DNA of 64,000 nt from Lama glama (Eukaryota): positions 7,256,001 to 7,320,000 of the forward strand of contig CM052816.1 of the NCBI GenBank assembly GCA_028534125.1, read 5' to 3'. Numbering within the stretch: position 1 is the stretch's first letter; each line of letters begins with the position of its first letter. Under the pieces are notes generated by a model, which made no database searches, was not told the DNA's origin, and was given only the letters and a program-made list of their open reading frames with translations. Both the position numbers and the translations under genes were made by a program. Below, one piece after another: positions 52,201-61,200 of the stretch.

Positions 52201-55200
52201 GACATATCTGTGCCTCCTAGAGGCCAAGATTCCTTTCTGGTCCCTTTTGCCCCTCCATTCACAGCCATCACCTGCCTCCATTGCAGGTGTCTGCGACTGA
52301 TGAAGATGGACCCCTAAACAGCGCCATCACCTACAGCCTGGTAGGAGGGAACCAGCTCGGGCACTTCGCTATCCACCCCAAGAAAGGGGAGCTACAAGTG
52401 GCCAAGGCCCTGGATTGGGAACAGGTGAGTCACGTGGGAGGGGCTCATCCCTAGCTCATCAGAGCAGAATACAGCCCCACAGCAGGTCCAGAGGATGAAC
52501 TGTGGTCAACACCCCATCCTAACACTTTTTCATACCTGCCTTCGGTGTCTCCCACTTCTTTTCTCTGGGGGACCTCTGTGGCCTGTGAGGCCAGAGTCAG
52601 GAGAGGGACTGAGTGACCTTTAACCTTCCCTGGAAGAGCTCAGGCCAGCTTCTCACTATTAACCAGGGATCATTAGATGATTATAACAAGTTATCATTAT
52701 GTGCCAGGAACTTTGCTTACATGCTTTACATACATTATGCCATCTGGTCATTAAAGTAATCCTAGGAGATGGGCCTGCTATCACCCTCACAAAAGTTTAG
52801 TCATTTTCCCAAGGTCTCACAGCTTGTAAACGGTTAAAGTGGACATCAAACCTATTTCTGTCTGACTTGGAACCTGGGCCCTAAGATGCTATGGGAGGGC
52901 AATGGGGACAGGCATAGGGGAGTGTCTCCATCTTATTTCTCTGAAAACGTTAGTCATGAATCAGGGGGCAGAACTGAGGGGGCTCGTTGCTAACTCTCCA
53001 CCGGGCATCTTGCTGTAGACGTCTAGCTATTCCCTGAGGCTCCGAGCCACAGACAGCGGGCGGCCCCCATTGCACGAGGACACAGACGTCGCTATCCAAG
53101 TGGTTGATGTCAATGACAACCCACCAAGATTCTTCCAGCTCAACTACAGCACCTCTGTCCAGGTACACTCAAAGGCATCCTGAACCTATCTTTCTTTCAT
53201 TTTTCCTAGTAAACGGTGCTTACCACTGGTACCAGTCCACCCAAATCCACCCAAGGCCGGTGACCTTGCACTGATAACCCTAATGGCAACATAGCCTCCT
53301 GAAGGGGATTGTGAATTACACAATTAAGAATTACCAGGCACTGTGCTAGGCACTTACACATCCATTATCTCGGGACTCACACAGCCACATGGAATTTGAA
53401 CCCAGAAGATTTTCCAGATTTCAAGTTATTTCCACCATACTAATGGTTTGCAAATGGGATTCAGAGACCTTGGGATTCTATGGGGAATTATGACCCTAAG
53501 GGGTGAGAGGCAGTGGGTAGGAGGACAGAGTTTTGGGTCCCATGATGCATCAACCAGGGTCACCCCACTTTACCTGTTTTATATGAGTTAGGATGCTTTG
53601 GCTGCAAATAAAGGATCACCTGACTAAAAGTTTACTAAATAATAAGGACTTATTATTTCACATAACAAAAGATCTGACAGTGTGACATTGTATTCCAGAA
53701 TTAGTTATTTCAGCAGGAAAATAATATCACAACTTTGGGTTACCTTCTTCAAAATTCCCTCACCTTCTCCCTCAAGGTTCCATAATGGCTGCTGCAGCTC
53801 TCACATCACATCCTTGCCTAACCATCTTCAAAGGCAAACAGAAGGGGACTTCTTTTGCAGAATCTGTTTTTATCAGAGAAGAAGACTTTTCAGAACTCCC
53901 ACCTGGCAGACTCCTCTGATGGTCAGAACTAGATTACATGATCACCCTTAAATTTAAAAACTGGCACAGGGGATCAGAATATTATAACTGACTTAAACCA
54001 CTCATAGTCCATCTCCTCTTAGGAGGGGCATATCTTTTCTGAGGATGTTGCCACCCCACATCTGAACAAAAGTAGGGTTTTGTGAAAAGGGAAGGGAAAA
54101 ATGTCTATTGGATAGATAACTACCAGTTTCTGGCTCATAAGATTCTGTTTGTAGGTTTTGATGCTAAAAAGACAGTAAACAACCATCGTGTTATAGCACA
54201 CTGAATTCTTGTTTTATAGAACAAAGACTGGAATGACACCCAGGGGATCTCAGTTGAATTCCTAACCATCTTTGAATTTTCTCAGTCTATGTGGGTTCCA
54301 CTGGTCCTCTAAGCAGGAAACCATTTATAGGTGTTCAACTGACCCTGTGAATCACAAAATTCCTATGGATCCCAGGCACCAATTTATCAATATGAGTCAT
54401 CAGCTATGTGACTTGGGCAAGTCACCTCTCTGTAGGATAAAAGGACTCTAAAGATCCTTCCAGCCCCAATGGGCTTTCTTCTAAAACCCAGCACTGCCCT
54501 CAGGAAGCTCTGGGCCAAAGTAAGTCAACAACCAATTCATAGACAGGGAGAATGAATGAATGAGAGCTCCCGGTGCAGGCGTGGCCTGGGAGCAGTCAGG
54601 GTGCCAGGACTCATCCCAGAGAAGGGGATGCAGAAAGATATGGAAGGACCAGCACTCACTTTGCTCTTTGATTTCCTGTCACTCTTGATCTCAGGAAAAC
54701 TCCCCCATTGGCAGCAAAGTCCTGCAGCTGATCCTGAGTGACCCGGACTCCCCAGAGAATGGCCCCCCCTACTCATTTCGAATCACCAAGGGAAACCATG
54801 GCTCTGCCTTCCGAGTGACCCCAGATGGATGGCTGGTGACCACAAGGGGCCTCAGCAAGAGAGTCCAGGAATGGTATCAGCTTCAGATTGAGGTGAGAGC
54901 AGTGTTGGATCACTGGTGGTGACTATGGGGACAGACAAAAGCACTACCAGTGCTCTCATATTAGAAAACACAATGTACAGAGTTCTTACTATGTGCCAGG
55001 CACTGAGCTGAGTGCCTCACGTGCATCTCTGCGCTAAATCCCCACAACATACTTTAGGGCAGGTATGGTTATTACCCCCACTTTCCAGATGTGGTCACTG
55101 AGGCACACAGAGGTTAAGTGACTGGAGTAAAATACTACTACTACTAACTGGTAGAGCTGGGTTGCTTCAAACCCAAGCTCTCTGACTCCGGAGCCCAAGC

Positions 55201-58200
55201 TCTTACTTCCTGCCCTGCTCCCAGATAGAAGGGAATCCCCTCACCCTGGCCTGTAACTCCTGGTGTTTGGCCAGAACAGCTCTCTGAATCTCAGGTCTAG
55301 TCAAAGGCCTGCCTCTGAGAAGCGGTGTTGTTATCAAAGTGGGTTCACTTTGTCCGACTGCACAGCAAACCGACCGAAGTTTGCAGCAAGAGAGGGTTTA
55401 CTAGCAAGGCAGCCAAGCCAGGAGATAGAAGAACAAGTCTCAGATCCACCTCCCCAAGGGTGAGGGGCCCGGGGTATTTATGGGACAAAGAAGAAAGAAG
55501 CAGGGGGTCTGAAGCATGGGGACCACGGGGAGCGGGGATTGGAAAAAGGTGCAGTAACCATTGTTCTGCGCAGGTGTAACTAGGCTGCAGGCCTCTGCAC
55601 GTTCAGAAACGGAGGCACTTAGCACTACCTGAGGGTGGAGTTTTCCGCCCTCTGACGTCAAGGTCACCAAGCAGACACTTGAGCATGCCCAGTTAAAGGG
55701 TCGTGGTCTGACCCAGTCTTAACCAGCTCAGATCTAACTAGACACAGCTGACTCCAAGTCCTGAGCAACAACTCAGGCAAACATCTTATTGTTTAGGCTA
55801 CAGTGCTGCCTGGAGGACATACAAGTGGTAAAATGACCCTGCTTAGTGAAGGCTTGCCCAACCGAGAGCCTGACATGACACTCGAGATTCCCTTTCTGTC
55901 ACTTCTCCTCCCTCAGGACTCAGCTCAAGTGTCAACTTCTCAGAGACACCTTCCTTCCCATCTGATGGAAGCCAGGTCTCTCCCCATTCAGATCTCAGTC
56001 ACACGCTCTGTTTATCTGAGTCTGATCTCTTGTTTATTTGGCAACTTACTCACTGTCTCTTTTTTCCTGATCATAATAGAGGGCCTGGCCTATACAAGGG
56101 CCAATAAATATTTGTTGGCTGAGCTGAAGAAGACATGCCCACCCTGACCCCAACCCCAGTCACAGAGGTAAAGGGGAGCAAGAGAACCTCCTTAGGCTGA
56201 CAGGGGCCATGAAGGATACATCCTGGTATTGCTAGGAGACATTTGACTCTTCTAAGGACAAAGACAGAATGAGAGCATTTCAAGAGGAAGGAGGCCACTT
56301 GTGGCTGGAGAGGTTCAGGAGAGGCTCAGAGAGGTGTCAGAAGGGAAGATGGAGTTAAGTTTCACCATGTGGTATGGGATGTAACTCCCTCCGCAAAGGC
56401 CTCAGTGCTTCCGGAGTTCATTTTCCTCTTCAAATGCGACAGCACGCTGAGCCTGCTCCCTAGCAGAGGGACATGGCTCCCTGAGGAGCCCCAGACAGCT
56501 GCAGTCCCGTGGTAACGCGATGCCTGCTTTGCCCACAGGTGTCAGACAGCGGCACCCCTCCCCTCTCATCTTCAACGTTGGTCAGGGTCCATGTCAGGGA
56601 GCAGAGCCACTACCCACCCTCCGCCCTCCCACTGGAGATTTTCATCACCATCAGGGAGGAGGAGTTCCAGGGCGGCATGGTGGGCAAAATCCATGCCACA
56701 GACCGAGACCCACAGGACACACTGACCTACAGCCTGGCAGGAGAGGAGAGACTGGGCAGCCGCTTCTCAGTGGGCACGTCTGATGGCAAGATCATCGCCA
56801 CCCAGGGGCTGCCTCGTGGTCGCTACACGTTCAACGTCACAGTCAGTGACGGGACATTCTCCACCACTGCCGGGGTCCACGTCCATGTCTGGCACGTGGG
56901 GCAGGAGGCTCTGCAAAAGACCATGTGGCTGGGCTTCCACCAGCTAACCCCGGAGGAGCTGGTGAGTGACCACTGGAGGAACCTGCAGAGGTTCCTCAGC
57001 AACCAGCTGGACATCAAACGAGCCAGCATCCACCTGGCCAGCCTACAGCCCGCAGAGGCCACGGCCGGGGTGGACGTGCTTCTGGTCTTTGAGGGGCATT
57101 CCGGAACCTTCTACAAGCTCCAGGAGCTGGCATCCATCATCACTCGCTCAGCCAAGGAGATGGAGCACTCAGTGGGAATTCAGATGAGGTCAGCCATGCC
57201 CGTGGTGCTCTGCCAGGGGCCAAGCTGCCAGGGGCAAATCTGCCAAGAGACAGCGCACCTGGAGCCCAGGGTTGGGCCCACATACAGCACGGCCAGGCTT
57301 AGCATCCTGACCCCGCGGCACCGCCTGGAGAGGAACTGCTCCTGTAACGGTGAGGAATGGGCCTCCCCCAGGGCACCCCGCGCTGCTGGGCCAGCCAGCC
57401 GGACTCTGGGGATGGAGATCCCGGGGAGCGGGGAAGGAGTGCTCTGTGGGGTAGTTTTAACAGGGCTAAAGGCCACAAACCACCGTGAGACAGACGTGGA
57501 CTCACAATATCTAGTCATGGAATAGACCCTATTGGACCCTAGTCGTGGTCACTTAGTCATGGACCCTAGTACTTGTCACTTTTTGTAATTTTGAAAATAA
57601 TGGTAAGGATACAAGAGGCAGTTCAGCATCATGCAAGAAAGCATAGATTCTGGCACTGGGGTGCTGAGTTCAAATCACAACTCTGCCACTTGCTAGCCAT
57701 GTGAGCTGAGAAAATTATTTAACCTCTCTGCACCTTTGCACTGTTGTATGGATTAAAGGAGTATTAAGTATCAAGTGCTCCCTTAGAAAAGTGCCTGACA
57801 TAGAGAAGGCAGCCAGTTAACCTGAGTTACACTGCTACTATTACTATAGCCTGCCGATTTTAACCTCAGTGTTTAGACTAGACAGCTCAGGTTTAAATTC
57901 CAGCTCTGTCATTTACTAGCTGTGCAACGCTGGGTGGATTACTAAAACTCTCTGAGCTTTAGTTTCTCATCCTTGAAATAATGAAGATAATATCATCTGC
58001 CTCCTTGAGTTGGTTTGGGGAGTAAATTACTTAACGGATATGAAAGCATTTTAACCCGTCTCATACTAAGCACTCCATCAACGGTGGCTGCCATTCACAC
58101 AGTAGCATTGCTGTTATAAGGACTCTGCTATGTGCCAGGCTCTGTGTGTATGTTATCTAAGCTCGTTGTCATCACAACCTTAGGAAGCAGGGTCACTGGC

Positions 58201-61200
58201 TCCATCTACAGTGGAAACTGTGATATGGGGATTGTATTGATTGCCTGAAACTGTACGGCCTCCAATGAAAGGCTGGCTGTTCAGAAGCTGTGTGTCCCAC
58301 TCTAAAGCCTGAGCTCTTCCTCAAACTCTTCAGGAACTCAGTGTTCTGATAGGACTCACCCCGGCGCCCTTGGCATTAGGACCAATGCACGGGACCAGCT
58401 CAGGTACATTTGCAAAAGGAGAATGACATCACCTGCAGCTCACCATCGCCCCCTGCCTGGCCTGGCCTATGGGTCGGCTCAGTTTGCAGTAGGGAAATTC
58501 TTTCTAGGAAGATTTGTAAGCTTTCTCCAGGGCCTCCTGGATTTAGGCTGGGTGAGCCATTCTGGGAGTGTGGCGGGCGGCGAGGGGCTTTTCTTCTTGT
58601 GTCTCATACCCTGGAGTCGGCCGCAGGAAAAGCTGTGATGGCTGAAGGTTCTCTCTTGACCCCCTGGCCTCCGACTGCAAAGGTCCTAAGAGTTAAGATT
58701 GTGCAAAAGCACCTAGGGAGTGTGTGTTTGTAAAGTGACCTGCTCCTGGGTGAAACACCTCCAGAGTTTTTTATTTAGAAGGTTTTGGGTCAGGTCTGGA
58801 ATTGGCATTTTTAGCCAGAACCTCAGGCAATTCTGAAGCAGGTGGGCCAGGGGCTGCACTTTGAGAAATACTAGATAAGCTGGCTTACCTATCACCAGAA
58901 TCACCTGGAAAGAAGTTTGGTTTTTATTTATCTGTTTGAACATTTTCGTGAAATATGACATACAGAAAGATCCATGTATCCTAAGTGTACAGCTCAACAA
59001 GTTTTCACAAACCAAATGCACTTGTGTAACCAGCCTAGCTCAAGGTAATTACCTAGATCAAGGATCAGAACATGATCAGCATCTCAGAAACCTGCCTCGG
59101 GCTCTCTTCCAGTCACTACACCCATCATGGGGAGATTTTTAAAATACAGATTCTGGTGAATGTGCCACCAGAACTACAGAATCTTACTCTCTGAGGGTAG
59201 CACTCTGTATTTTAAAAGACTCTTTGGTGATATGGATATTCAGCCTGGTTAGAGAATTCTTAATCTAGATCATCTTTAATGTTCTACCCAGTAAAGACTG
59301 GCTGGAATGGAATTGCCAGCATCAGAGTGTTTTAGATGTATGGTGTGACAGCATCTGAGGACCTTGTAATTCCCTGAGCTTCACTTTGTGGTTCGTCTTT
59401 CTCCTCCTTTTGGCCTGTGTTCTCTCTCTTCAACAATTCCTCTTCCCTAGGAATCTCGGGCCGGTCCCCTTCCGATGACCACTGATAAGTTTATTCACAC
59501 TGTGGTTTTAGGGATTTAATAGCTGAACTCACTTCTGGGAAGAGTGGATTTTTTTTTAATATGGAGAAGGCATTAATTAATAAAGCACAGCATTTCCCAA
59601 AGGGGTTTCCACAGAATGCTATTTCTAAGGGCTAAGAGTAGGTGGTCCACATTAGAGGATCCCACAGTCAAATAAGCTTGAAAAACTCAGGTTAGGGTGA
59701 AGTCTCAGACTCCTCACTGTGCAGCTGTACATTAGCAATTGCCACGGGGAATGGAGCACGTAGGACCTGACAAGTTTCGGCCACACAATCTACCACTACC
59801 CTTTTCCTTTATCACAGAAGTCTCTCGACTTTTCAGCAGCATTTCATTTGGGAAGTATTACCCAAATGATTATACTCCTAATGATGAAGGAGCTTTCTTG
59901 AGGCAAAAAAATCCTACGGTGGTTCTGAAATCACACATATATACAAAATCCTCTTCGACCTCCTTCTTCCCCAAGTGATGTCAGAAACAACTGCGAAACC
60001 ATGGAGGATAGAAATTCTGATTTCCACATATTTGATTAATGATTATTTCTAGCTTGATTCCTGTTTTCTTAATGGTTTGAACTCATAGTTTCTGACCCAA
60101 GTTGCGACCCAGGACAAAGGTCCCTGAGACCAAAGGATGGTGTGCAGGGTGATGGCTTCTGTCTAGCTGTGTGACCCTGGATAAGTAACCCTGCAGCCTC
60201 ATTCTTTCATCTATAAAAAGTGAGCAATGGCCTTGCTCGCCTCCCAAGGGTTGAATGAGACAAAGTCAGTTTGAGGGCTCCGTGGGGACCACTTCGTGTG
60301 GCAGTGACACCTCTGTGGCTTTCACAGGTACTGCCGCAAGGTTCAGCGGTCAGAGCTTTGGACGGTACAGTCTCCCAGAGGCTCAGAACTGGCACCTGCG
60401 TTTCCACCTGAAAACACTCCAGCCACAGGCCATTCTTCTGTTCAGCAATAGGACAGTGGGTATCTCCCTGAAGGTAAGGCACTGCCAGCCTGAGAGATTT
60501 CATGTGGGCATTTCATGCAGGGGAGGTGGGGCAGCATGGGCATGGCCAAGAAGGCTAACTTCTGCAAAGAAATCCCTGCATGGATTTCAGGGATGCTGGG
60601 TATGACTATTAGGTCAGAACAAGAGACTTCCCAGCCATGATGGCTAAGGCCACCCCAACTGAAGATACATGTCCAAGTACAACAACAGAGGTCAGGCTGC
60701 TCTGTGGGATGAGAGAAAGAAGATAGATGAGTGAGGCCACCTAGACCTGGTCGATGCTTTTATCACTTTTGCTGAGTAACGGACCAGTGTTTCCCAAGAT
60801 GGGTGGAAGGCTAGCTACCTCTGAGGGTGCTCAAGATGACAAACCCAGCATTCAGTTACATGGAAGCACATGGAGGAAACGTGAATTTCCATTCTAAGGG
60901 TCTTTCGGTCCTTCTGGTTATGTCTTGCAGAAAGTCTTAGAGTGCCTGCCTGGTTTTAACATCTCTATCACACATGCCATCTGCCATTGTGACACAGAGA
61001 AAGCAAACTTTGGTGGCTAGTTAGAATTAATGCATTCAATAAGTATTTATCAAGCATCTACTGTGCAACAGGCACTGTTCCAAGTGCTTGGGTCTCATCA
61101 GTGAATAGACAAAAACCCCTCTTAGAGGTTTCATCCTACAGGGGGAGACTGACAATAAACATAAACATAATAAATCAGAAAATTATAGTTTGTCCAAATG

